64,000 bases of DNA from Oligoflexales bacterium (GTDB lineage Bacteria; Bdellovibrionota_B; Oligoflexia; Oligoflexales; Bog-1112): contig JBGCEP010000027.1 in the NCBI GenBank assembly GCA_045106415.1, positions 89,553 through 153,552 on the forward strand, written 5' to 3'. Below are positions 30,669 to 39,858 of the stretch, piece by piece; the first letter of the stretch is position 1; each line of letters starts with the position of its first letter. The notes beneath the pieces were generated by a model. That model did not search any database. It saw only the letters and a list, made by a program, of their open reading frames with translations, and was not told the origin of the DNA. Both the position numbers and the translations under genes were made by a program.

Positions 30669-31067
30669 ATGCCTGATACTAAAATCATTTGGAAGCGCCC
30701 TGACGGTTTTCATGGGGCCAGCCCTGAAGATTACAGAACATTTGAACTTAATAACGGCACAAAACTCTGGCTGCATCGCTCTGACAAAGAAAACTACCCT
30801 TTCCGCATCGCAGGTGGTTGGCAAGATGAAGTCTCTAGCAAACGCATTAATACTCTACTGAACCTTTTAGGAGCAGAAAAATCAGATTGGAAAAACACTC
30901 TCAACTCAGATTATCAGCAATCAGGCCTGGAACATTTTTCTGAATACATTGAGAGCACCCTCAAGTGGATTGATTCCTTGCAACAAAAACTCAAAGGGGA
31001 CACTTGGGAGCAAGACATTATGGCTTCAGCTCTTACAGAGGTTTGCAACTCCCTCAAAGAACTCTAG
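30669..31067 (+). CDS. Hypothetical protein
   Basis: ORF with GGGAG RBS; W/P-rich N-terminus that looks conserved. Confidence 0.7.
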   Translation: MPDTKIIWKRPDGFHGASPEDYRTFELNNGTKLWLHRSDKENYPFRIAGGWQDEVSSKRINTLLNLLGAEKSDWKNTLNSDYQQSGLEHFSEYIESTLKWIDSLQQKLKGDTWEQDIMASALTEVCNSLKEL

Positions 31068-31905
31068 CTTTTCCCTCTAAGGTCACAGTTGCATGACCCT
31101 CAAGACTTAAAGGGTCGTGATCTTTTTGCAGTTGTGATTTCAGCCAACTCCACCTTTTATTCGCGACCTGTAAATCAAAGTCGTTCACAAGTGGGTGAGC
31201 ACCTGTATATAAGAACAGTGAACAATTCCAATTATGATGTGAACAAAAATCATGCATTTTATCTAAATTTCTGACTTCATCATCAACAAATACAAGGTGC
31301 CTTAGTGGGTATTCCATACTTTTTAACACAGCGTCAAGAGCCATTCCCTTATGCTGACCAGAGGTATAAATCACCCCTTCGTCCAGAGAGATCGCTCGAA
31401 CCAGATCAGGGTGCTTCAAAATTCTTTCTTTTTGTTCTTCAAATCGATCAGCGAACCGCATCTGATTATCCCTTAAGTGCAAATGCGTTGCATGAGAGAG
31501 CTCAAGCCCTCGTGCGGTAAGGCCTATAATATCAACATTTTTTTCTCTTAAAGCCTCAAGAAAACGAGCCGTATGAGGTTCCGCAGGTTGAAACTTCACC
31601 AAGTTATAAACAGCTAAAAGGTCCACCACTGCCATTCGAAAAGCTGTATGCGAGTTATGACCCTCTTTCAAGTAATGTTCAATCCTTGTGTAAGACCACT
31701 GCGGCATGCCAATTTGGTGATCAGGAACCAGCAGCGTTAAATCAACATCGAAAGCCACGAGACTTTCATCTTTTATTGCACTTTGAACATCTTGAATTTT
31801 ATCTATTTTTTGGTACATCACACTTTTTTCCTGTTTCATTTCCGTGCACGAAGCCTCGAAAAACATAAGACTAATTATTCCTAATAACACAGGCCAATTC
31901 ACCAC
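31054..31905 (-). CDS. Exported HAD-superfamily protein (DUF2608-like)
   Basis: AFDVDLTL, GLTARG, KG, VFVDDEVRNL motifs; signal-like N-terminus. Confidence 0.8.
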   Translation of the reverse strand: MVNWPVLLGIISLMFFEASCTEMKQEKSVMYQKIDKIQDVQSAIKDESLVAFDVDLTLLVPDHQIGMPQWSYTRIEHYLKEGHNSHTAFRMAVVDLLAVYNLVKFQPAEPHTARFLEALREKNVDIIGLTARGLELSHATHLHLRDNQMRFADRFEEQKERILKHPDLVRAISLDEGVIYTSGQHKGMALDAVLKSMEYPLRHLVFVDDEVRNLDKMHDFCSHHNWNCSLFLYTGAHPLVNDFDLQVANKRWSWLKSQLQKDHDPLSLEGHATVTLEGKARVL

Positions 31906-32047
31906 AACTCCACCTACCTACCAACAACAGCCATCAACTTCTTGTGATGGCAAGATGAATACAACGCGGCCATTCTTGAAATTTAAATATCATATCAACT
32001 ACAATCATGGCACTATTATTGAAAGAGAATATGCAAAGGAAATCAAT

Positions 32048-33103
32048 GTGTCTATAGACTTCCTACAAAAAAAATGGTCTGAGGCATCCTACGGATCTCA
32101 AAGCTCTGAAAATGAATGGGTGAGATTTGCTGGAATGATCACAGCAGCCACTCTTCTGCCATGGTTATGTATTCCTTTCATCATGTCGATACAACCGAGC
32201 GCTCCAAGCTTAACGACACTTTTCTCTCTTTTTGTTTTCATTGGCGGGACAGCACACGTTGGGGCTTCAAGTTTTTTTCTTTACACGCCTGAATTCCGAG
32301 ATCACCGCACACAAAGAGCAAAAACATATTGGATTGGGCCTCTGGCGCTCACTTTTTTTCTTGCAACTGGTTTTACATGGGGGCCTGATAGCTTTCAAAA
32401 AAATGCCATCCTCATTTACTTTATTTGGCAAACATGGCATTACCAGAGACAAAATTTCGGCCTCCTTTCCATGGCTGGAATCTCAACACAAACAGGCCCA
32501 GTCACAAAATGGGAAAGGGTTGCTCTCGACGTTGGTGTTCTTGCTGGTATCGGTGGTTTGTTCTTCAAAATGAACATTGCTCAAGGAACACTTCTAGAGC
32601 CATTCGCACAAGGCCTTTATACGGCTGGCTCCCTACTCATCTGCGTGAACCCTATTCTCGTTGTTTATGTCTTCATAAAAAATCCTCATTTTTTAGAAAA
32701 ACCTACACGACCTTTTTTCTTTTTACTGGGCGCGTTTTTTTATCTTCCAACATTTTTATTTAAAAGCCCTGAGGCTTCTATTTTAAGCTATGCACTCGCA
32801 CACGGATGGCAATACCTTGTTTTCATGACCTACGTCGCTCAAAGAAAACCACAACATCAGCGCCAAAACATGAAACTCTTCCTTTACTGTTGTTTTGGTG
32901 GAGGAATTATACTCTCTTTGCTTGGAGATCAGAGCTTGTGGGGCTCTTGGGGACCTGGGGTATTTGGGGCTTATCTAGGGCTCATTATTTGGCACTTCAT
33001 CACTGATGCTGATATTTGGCGATTACGAGAGCCATTTCAACGACAATACATGAATGCCGCGTTTCCTTTCCTTAACCCTAAAGCCAATAAGGCCGCACCA
33101 TGA
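32048..33103 (+). CDS. Polytopic membrane protein with His motifs
   Basis: About 8-10 hydrophobic segments; GTAHV, WHYQRQNFG, HGWQYL, WHFITDADIW. Likely GTG start at 32048 after AAGGA. Confidence 0.75.
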   Translation: MSIDFLQKKWSEASYGSQSSENEWVRFAGMITAATLLPWLCIPFIMSIQPSAPSLTTLFSLFVFIGGTAHVGASSFFLYTPEFRDHRTQRAKTYWIGPLALTFFLATGFTWGPDSFQKNAILIYFIWQTWHYQRQNFGLLSMAGISTQTGPVTKWERVALDVGVLAGIGGLFFKMNIAQGTLLEPFAQGLYTAGSLLICVNPILVVYVFIKNPHFLEKPTRPFFFLLGAFFYLPTFLFKSPEASILSYALAHGWQYLVFMTYVAQRKPQHQRQNMKLFLYCCFGGGIILSLLGDQSLWGSWGPGVFGAYLGLIIWHFITDADIWRLREPFQRQYMNAAFPFLNPKANKAAP

Positions 33104-33576
33104 TACTTCCACAAGGTCGCTTCATTTCTTTCTTCTTCGCTTTCTGCTCCCTCGCTCTTACATGGGCTCTTCAAAATAAAGCCTTACCTCTTCCATATCA
33201 ACTCGATTGGAAAACACCCTCTATTCTCCTCACGTCTTTTCACCAACCTGAACCCTGGGGTGTTTGGACACAAGGACTTGAGTCTGAAATCATATTCAAA
33301 AGGCCTCTGCCTAAAAAAATTCGACTTGAAATAAAAGCAAAAGGTTTTGCTCAAAACACCAAAGAAATCACAACCATTCTCTGCGGCACAACAAAGCACC
33401 AAGTCTATTTCTCTGCACAGGGAAACACACACACTATGGACTGCCTAGATATGGATCAAACACCTCGAATCTACATTCAACTTCTTTCTGCGAAATCTCC
33501 AGCAGAAATAAGCCCAAGCCAAGACCATCGGGTTTTAGGCATTGGAATTGAAAAATTAAAAATTCACGCGTTATAA
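33100..33576 (+). CDS. Exported beta-sandwich protein (DUF7024-like)
   Basis: FHQPEPWGVWT and SPAEI...DHRVLGIGI motifs; ATGA overlap with the upstream gene. Confidence 0.65.
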   Translation: MILPQGRFISFFFAFCSLALTWALQNKALPLPYQLDWKTPSILLTSFHQPEPWGVWTQGLESEIIFKRPLPKKIRLEIKAKGFAQNTKEITTILCGTTKHQVYFSAQGNTHTMDCLDMDQTPRIYIQLLSAKSPAEISPSQDHRVLGIGIEKLKIHAL

Positions 33577-33636
33577 ACACTACGAATAACAGCTTTGCTT
33601 CTCAAGCACTCGACAGCGCTTGAAATATTCAAGCTT

Positions 33637-34041
33637 TCACTCTGGCGCACCACATTGCAGCCACACCAAAATTCTTGCGATATCATCTTTTTCAATATCA
33701 CGCCCTGGAGGCATTGCTCTTGGTGATTGGTTCAACTGCTCTAATATCTTGGCTCGATAAATCATAATTTCACGATGTGTGTCAAAATTCACAAGCACAG
33801 GAGCACCAAATCTTTCATCACCAGACCAGTATGAACTGTGACAATCTTGGCAATAATTTAAGAAAAACCCCTTCGCAAAATGCTCATAAGTGTCATTAGG
33901 AGATTGATTACAAAAAACACTAGAAGGCACTATAGAGCCTCGAACATTTGGAATTTTAACCTGATTTGAATCTTCAACCGTTCCAGGCTGCGCACCACAT
34001 TTTACAAGAAAAAAACAAACAGCAATAAAAAACACTCTCAC
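33637..34041 (-). CDS. Monoheme cytochrome c lipoprotein
   Basis: Lipobox-like LVKC, CQDCH heme motif, distal MPP. GTG start after AGGAG. Confidence 0.8.
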   Translation of the reverse strand: MRVFFIAVCFFLVKCGAQPGTVEDSNQVKIPNVRGSIVPSSVFCNQSPNDTYEHFAKGFFLNYCQDCHSSYWSGDERFGAPVLVNFDTHREIMIYRAKILEQLNQSPRAMPPGRDIEKDDIARILVWLQCGAPE

Positions 34042-34042
34042 C

Positions 34043-35257
34043 TCAGACTCCTTCAAAATCAATCAAAAAAGAAGCTGGACTCACGTTCTTCATAAGAGGA
34101 TTTTGAGGCCCAATCCATCGTAAAAACAACGCCGCAAAAATATTTTTCATTTGCAACGAAACACCATATGTTTCATCGATAGAACCTAAAAGAAAATTCA
34201 GAGGTTGTTCTAAACAGTTTTCAGTTACACCACCAAAACTCTGCCCTCCCCGCAAGCTCTCTCCCCACAGTAAACATGACGTCACCGGCCAATGTGATCG
34301 GCTTCCAAGAGAATTTAAAACTGGGTTCCGCCCCATTTCACTCTTTACAACAACAATCATTCTTTTTAACAGATCAAGGCTATCTGCATATTGAAAAAGA
34401 CTTACAAGATCTTGAAATAAACTCTCAAAATTCACAGCTTGTTGAGCATCATGATCTGCATGAATGTCCCAACTTCTGTGGTCTTCTATAGAAGCTGCAA
34501 TGGTGCGATTTTCAGAAAACATGTCACACGCAAGTTTTGCTCTTTTTAAAAACAGAGAATCTGAAGCAAGAAAATCTTGAGATTCTCGTATAAGTTTAAA
34601 CTCAGCTTCTGCTTTCCGAGCTTTTTGGACAATTTTCATTTTTTCGGTCGACAAGCCATGGTTAGAATATTGGCTTAAAAGGTTTGAATAATTTTTTCTT
34701 GTATATAAATCAATCAAACTCAATTCTTGTTCAGAAAAAGCTGTGTTCTGAGAAGGTGTTTCAAATAAATCATCAGACCACAGCTGTGTATAACCAGATA
34801 AATGGCCAGGCATCATTTGTGAACCAAAAACAACGTGCGGCAATACAAAAGATGGAGCTGCGCGATACGCATAAAAAGCAGGCCAACTCACCCAGCGTTT
34901 TGAATCAGAATGAAGAACCCCATCAGAAAAGCGCCTTGCTTCTTCTTGCTGTAAACTTGGACAGTGAATTCCGTTCACAACACAAGCATTTTGCCCCCAC
35001 CGCGAAAAGAACTGATCAACCGAAGGCCTCGATGAATGCTTTACATATGGGAGAATAGAGGTATCAATTTGTTGACCAGGCTCAAGCTCTCTTAGAGGAC
35101 TTTGCGTCGTTTCAAACACCATAGATGAGTCCCAACCACCCGAACAATGAACCACCATAAGAAACGGAGGTTGTGTCGGTTGAGCAAACCCCTTTGGGAT
35201 CAAAGACTGAGCACCGAGTGCTCCAATATTTTTCAAGCATTGCCTTCTTGTGATCAT
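34043..35257 (-). CDS. DUF1501-family Tat-exported protein
   Basis: TRRQCL Tat signal, SGGWDS, WDIHADH, SEMGRNP, RSHWP. Confidence 0.85.
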   Translation of the reverse strand: MITRRQCLKNIGALGAQSLIPKGFAQPTQPPFLMVVHCSGGWDSSMVFETTQSPLRELEPGQQIDTSILPYVKHSSRPSVDQFFSRWGQNACVVNGIHCPSLQQEEARRFSDGVLHSDSKRWVSWPAFYAYRAAPSFVLPHVVFGSQMMPGHLSGYTQLWSDDLFETPSQNTAFSEQELSLIDLYTRKNYSNLLSQYSNHGLSTEKMKIVQKARKAEAEFKLIRESQDFLASDSLFLKRAKLACDMFSENRTIAASIEDHRSWDIHADHDAQQAVNFESLFQDLVSLFQYADSLDLLKRMIVVVKSEMGRNPVLNSLGSRSHWPVTSCLLWGESLRGGQSFGGVTENCLEQPLNFLLGSIDETYGVSLQMKNIFAALFLRWIGPQNPLMKNVSPASFLIDFEGV

Positions 35258-36874
35258 TTACACTCCAATGAATTCATAGGAAAGAAACACCCCTACCAAA
35301 ATACACACCCAACGTCGTCGCGATTGAACAGAAAGATCTGAAGAAAGATCTGAAGAAAGAGCCGCAGCATTATTTCCCAAGCTCATAAGTCTATCAACCG
35401 TTTGATCCGTGGTTAGAATCTGTAGTCCTGTCATACGCTCCCATAAAGAGACGATTTGTAATCGAATCACCTCATCAGAGTCACTCGACCCGGCACCGCC
35501 TGGCAACATGACAAAAACCTTACGCGATTGAACCTGGACATGATCGGCAAGTTCTATTTCAACGATTTTTTCAGCAAGTTGAAAAACAAAAGTTTTCAAA
35601 CTACGCAAATATCTTCCTGATGGAAGCTGGTACTCTCGATCTGCTCTTTCATCTAAACTGGGAGATAAACTGATCGGAGGAAGCGGTGCATGATCTACTC
35701 CAACAAGTTGTTTCGCCATATGATCCCACTGCCATCGATCTAAAAGGCGAAAGCCTTGATTATTATTTGTGTCTACATTGCCAAAAAAAGGCTCCTTCAA
35801 ACTCACCGCTTGATAAACGTCATGAAACGACTGTGCATATGGTTTCAGTTCAAGAGTTTGAAATACTTTTTCCATTAATTTTTTATCTTCCGATAGGACA
35901 AGAGGACGCCCAAGAAGAGAAGCCATAACGACGCGGACACCACAACTATTCAAACGAGGATCTTTTATAAGAGCATGATTTAGCTCCTCTCTATTTGAAT
36001 ATTCTTCTCCACCATAAAACCCATCTCCACTCCATTCTCCTGCCACATCCCACCAACCTTGTGGGCTTGCAGTTTGCAGCATTCCGCCCAGCGCATCGGT
36101 CACATCTTGAGAACGTCTATGACATGAAATACATGCTTTATTTTGTTGTTGTGTCGTTTCTATATTAAAAATTTCTTCCGAACTTAATGCAGAAAAGTCA
36201 TGATCTGTCGATAGCGGCAAACAAAACACACGACTTAAAACATCTCTCATTCGTGAATATTCATCATGATGTTCAGGAAAATGCCCTAAAAATCCCGGAG
36301 ATGACAAGACTCCCCAATCTGCATTATTTTGATGATAATCAACCCAATAGTAGGATCCACTTGTATCTGCAGCACGCCCCGTCAAACCCAAAGAGTTCAT
36401 AAAATCTGCATTTAAAACCGTTTGTGAACCAATAAAAGAAAACCCTGGATGCAAATCTTTCGATAATATCGAACCCACATGATAAAGAACTCCATCTGCC
36501 ATATGTGTTAAAAAAGACTCATCAACGGTAGAAGATGAGGAAGCAAGAAATTTAAAATGAGACCGACTGAGCCCCCAAGATTGTCGATATCTCTGAGCAA
36601 GTCGAAAAGAAAATCTTTGATCATGAATCAGCTGCTCAAAAATAGACTCCACAGAAACATCCCCTGATTTCACCCACTCAATAACCTCAATTCCTGGGAG
36701 CTCTCCAAGCGTATCTAAATACACTTGCCTCAAGCGCCTTAAACTGTCATCTTGAGGGCTCACCACTTCTACCGCTGGTGTTTCAGGGCCTGCCCCAGGA
36801 GAAGATCCTCCTGAACCTTCAGACTGGGTCTGAGAGCATCCAAAAACAAAAATTAAGATCATAACAAAAATCAT
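35258..36874 (-). CDS. Heme-motif lipoprotein (DUF1585/1588-like partner of DUF1501)
   Basis: Lipobox VFGC, LRRLRQVYLDTLG, CISCH heme motif. Confidence 0.7.
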   Translation of the reverse strand: MIFVMILIFVFGCSQTQSEGSGGSSPGAGPETPAVEVVSPQDDSLRRLRQVYLDTLGELPGIEVIEWVKSGDVSVESIFEQLIHDQRFSFRLAQRYRQSWGLSRSHFKFLASSSSTVDESFLTHMADGVLYHVGSILSKDLHPGFSFIGSQTVLNADFMNSLGLTGRAADTSGSYYWVDYHQNNADWGVLSSPGFLGHFPEHHDEYSRMRDVLSRVFCLPLSTDHDFSALSSEEIFNIETTQQQNKACISCHRRSQDVTDALGGMLQTASPQGWWDVAGEWSGDGFYGGEEYSNREELNHALIKDPRLNSCGVRVVMASLLGRPLVLSEDKKLMEKVFQTLELKPYAQSFHDVYQAVSLKEPFFGNVDTNNNQGFRLLDRWQWDHMAKQLVGVDHAPLPPISLSPSLDERADREYQLPSGRYLRSLKTFVFQLAEKIVEIELADHVQVQSRKVFVMLPGGAGSSDSDEVIRLQIVSLWERMTGLQILTTDQTVDRLMSLGNNAAALSSDLSSDLSVQSRRRWVCILVGVFLSYEFIGV

Positions 36875-36994
36875 ACGGTTGACTCCTATCAGACCTATCG
36901 ACCACTTATAAAGGATGTCAGACAGGCAAAAACTCCCTATGACTCGAAGAGCTCTGCCGTGTTATGGTAGCGCTGCGAAATGAAAGGATACAAT

Positions 36995-37873
36995 ATGAAC
37001 ACACCCACAAATCGTAAACCCGAATGGCTTAAAACTCCTTTGCCAACCGGAAAAGTTTATTTTGATATAAAAAATGACCTCCGAGAACGAAAACTTGTTA
37101 CCGTCTGCGAAGAAGCCAAATGCCCCAATATAGGAAGCTGTTGGGCCCAGGGCACGGCAACATTTATGGTACTCGGAGAGACATGTACAAGAGCATGCCG
37201 TTTTTGTCACGTCAAGACAGGAAACCCACAAGGCTGGCTAGACTCTAACGAACCTCAACAGGTTGCTGAAAGTACAGCTGGTATGAAGCTCAAATACGTC
37301 GTCCTCACCATGGTCGATCGCGACGACCTTGATGATGGCGGCGCAGCACATGTCCGCTCTGTTGTCACAAAAGTCAGAGAACTCAACCCTGATATTAAAG
37401 TTGAATTATTAACCGGCGACTACCGAGGCGACTTTAATGCCCTCGATCACTTACTTGTGTCACCACCTGATGTTTTCGCTCATAATATCGAAACCGTCGA
37501 ACGACTCAGCCCACGCGTACGCGACGCTAGAGCAAAATACAGAACATCACTCGCTATCCTAAAGCACGCCAAACAACAACATAACAATTTGTGGACCAAA
37601 AGCTCCATTATGCTCGGCTTAGGAGAAACCTACGAAGAGGTTTTACTCTCCATGGATGACCTAAGGGAAGCAAGCGTCTCCATACTCACTCTTGGACAAT
37701 ATATGAGACCTACTAAAAAGCACCTCTCCGTCAAAGAATGGGTTCATCCCGATGTCTTTAAAGCACTCGCTGATGAAGCTTATAAAAAAGGTTTTTTAGC
37801 TGTCGCTTCTGGCCCTCTTGTGCGCAGCTCTTACCATGCTGGGGAACTTTTTAGCAAAATCCCTAAATCATAA
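36995..37873 (+). CDS. lipA: Lipoyl synthase
   Basis: CEEAKCPNIGSC, CTRACRFC, RSSY. Confidence 0.98.
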   Translation: MNTPTNRKPEWLKTPLPTGKVYFDIKNDLRERKLVTVCEEAKCPNIGSCWAQGTATFMVLGETCTRACRFCHVKTGNPQGWLDSNEPQQVAESTAGMKLKYVVLTMVDRDDLDDGGAAHVRSVVTKVRELNPDIKVELLTGDYRGDFNALDHLLVSPPDVFAHNIETVERLSPRVRDARAKYRTSLAILKHAKQQHNNLWTKSSIMLGLGETYEEVLLSMDDLREASVSILTLGQYMRPTKKHLSVKEWVHPDVFKALADEAYKKGFLAVASGPLVRSSYHAGELFSKIPKS

Positions 37874-38189
37874 ATCATTTCACTCACCAAAGTGATACCC
37901 AAAAGCTGCAGAATGCAAAAAAGCATGACGACCCAGTCTCGCAGTTAACAGAGACAAAAAGAATTCACCAAAGCTCAACAAAAACGAGGTCGTCACGTTA
38001 AAAACTCTAATAAACTCAAAGTGATGAATGTGATTTTTTATACATCTTTTAAAACTTCACGAGCAGATTCAAAAATAACATCCAATCTTACACAACCTGT
38101 TGGGTAGTGATATCAGTAAATTTCATCTCAACACCAAAAAAACATTGATACCATGTATTGCAATTGCAACTTTCAGGTCTATTTTTTTC

Positions 38190-38333
38190 TCATAAAGACT
38201 CTTCCTGACCTTCCTCACTCTCCTCTTCTTTCTCTGAAAAATCACTAAGCAAGAACCGACTCACAGGAGGAAAGTCAAGATCTGGGTTTTTTAACATTCT
38301 AAAAAAAGTCTGCATGCTAACAGGGTTTTTCAT
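38190..38333 (-). CDS. Unannotated 47-aa small protein with acidic tail
   Basis: MKNPVSMQTFFRMLKNPDLDFPPVSRFLLSDFSEKEEESEEGQEESL; GAGG RBS and a sigma28-like promoter upstream. Confidence 0.55.
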   Translation of the reverse strand: MKNPVSMQTFFRMLKNPDLDFPPVSRFLLSDFSEKEEESEEGQEESL

Positions 38334-38368
38334 AGAGCACCTCAAATAGATATTGATATTCATTTTTA

Positions 38369-38395
38369 TTATCGGCTAACTTTGTCCTCAACTCA
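38369..38395 (-). promoter_or_regulatory. Putative sigma28 promoter of the small ORF
   Basis: TGAG-N15-GCCGATAA. Confidence 0.55.
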
Positions 38396-38489
38396 AGCAC
38401 TGACTCAAACCAACTGTGCTAAACTTGCAAGTTATTTCTAGAATCTGTGATACTAAACCCAGCTCTTTCCATGCTCAGGAGATAAAACC

Positions 38490-39659
38490 ATGCCATTTCA
38501 AACCTCACCTTTTCCAGATGCATATCAGATTCAAGACCTTCTGACTGATGAACAAAAATTGCTCATCACGTCGGTCCGTGAATTTGTAAACCAAGAAATT
38601 GAACCTACGATTGCAGAGCACTGGGAGAAAGAAACATTTCCTGAAAGCATCATTCCAAAACTTGGTGAAATGGGACTTTTAGGATCAAGTCTCTCTGGTT
38701 ATGGTCTTCCTGGTATGGATCATATTTCATACGGCCTCATTATGAAAGAGCTTGAAAGGTGTGACTCTGGACTCCGCAGTTTAGCTTCCGTGCAAGGCGC
38801 TCTCGTTATGTACCCTATTCACGCCTATGGGAGTGAAGAACAGAAAAAAAAGTGGCTCCCATTGCTTGGAAGCGGCGAAAAAGTTGGCTGTTTCGGATTA
38901 ACTGAATCTGATGGCGGCTCAAACCCCGGTGATATGAAAACCACAGCAACAGAAACTGAAGATGGTTGGATTTTAAATGGTTCAAAAATGTGGATCACAA
39001 ATGGAAATATCTCAAGCATTGCCATTGTTTGGGCTCAAACATCTCAAGGCATTCGAGGGTTCATTGTACCGTGTGACAGCAAAGGCTTTGAAGCACGTCG
39101 TATGAAGCAAAAGCTCTCCTTACGGGCTTCGATCACATCAGAGCTTTACTTTGACAATATCAAACTCCCAAAAGATAGCATCTTGCCTTTAGCCGAAGGT
39201 TTAAAAGCTCCCTTAGGTTGCTTGACTCAAGCTCGCTACGGCATCTCCTGGGGAGTTCTAGGAGCTGCAGAAGCATGCTTCGACGAAGCTGTTGCGTGGT
39301 CAAAAGAACGAATTCTTTTCGGAGAGCCTCTTGCACACAAACAACTTATTCAAGCAAAACTTGCTAAAATGCTTTCCAAAATTACACAAGGACAGCTCCT
39401 CGCTCACAGGCTCGGGCAACTTAAGAATCAAAACAACATGCACTTTGCTCATGTAAGTGTTGCAAAACAAAACAACTGCGAAATTGCACTTGAAATTGCC
39501 AGAATGTCCCGCGATATCCTTGGAGCTAACGGCATCATGGGAGAGTATAAATCTATGAGACATATGTGCAATTTAGAGACAGTCATCACATATGAAGGAA
39601 CAAATGACGTTCATCTATTGATTATCGGATCTGAAATTGGTGGCAAACACGCATTTTAG
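38490..39659 (+). CDS. gcdH: Acyl-CoA dehydrogenase, glutaryl-CoA dehydrogenase-like
   Basis: ELERCDSGLRS, GCFGLTE, KMWITNG, KLSLRASIT, ARYGISWG, TYEGTNDVH. Confidence 0.88.
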   Translation: MPFQTSPFPDAYQIQDLLTDEQKLLITSVREFVNQEIEPTIAEHWEKETFPESIIPKLGEMGLLGSSLSGYGLPGMDHISYGLIMKELERCDSGLRSLASVQGALVMYPIHAYGSEEQKKKWLPLLGSGEKVGCFGLTESDGGSNPGDMKTTATETEDGWILNGSKMWITNGNISSIAIVWAQTSQGIRGFIVPCDSKGFEARRMKQKLSLRASITSELYFDNIKLPKDSILPLAEGLKAPLGCLTQARYGISWGVLGAAEACFDEAVAWSKERILFGEPLAHKQLIQAKLAKMLSKITQGQLLAHRLGQLKNQNNMHFAHVSVAKQNNCEIALEIARMSRDILGANGIMGEYKSMRHMCNLETVITYEGTNDVHLLIIGSEIGGKHAF

Positions 39660-39670
39660 CGTCAAGCAAG

Positions 39671-39700
39671 GGCCACCTTTTACACTTTTGCAAGGTGGCT
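39671..39700 (+). terminator. Hairpin after gcdH
   Basis: GCCACCTT / AAGGTGGC inverted repeat. Confidence 0.45.
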
Positions 39701-39858
39701 TAGATCCCTCTTTTCACTACGACAGCTTGTGATAGAGCTGTTGACTTTTCCGCAACAAACAATAAAAAATCATTTATTATAAAGGCGTTACATTTTTTAA
39801 GCTCAGCTCAGCTCTGACAAGGACGATCACAGGATCAGTTCTAACTGAGGTGGTGACA

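Noticed and set aside
35331..35360. 12-bp direct repeat GAAAGATCTGAA
   Set aside because: A short in-frame duplication (LSSDLSSDLS) with no sign of function.
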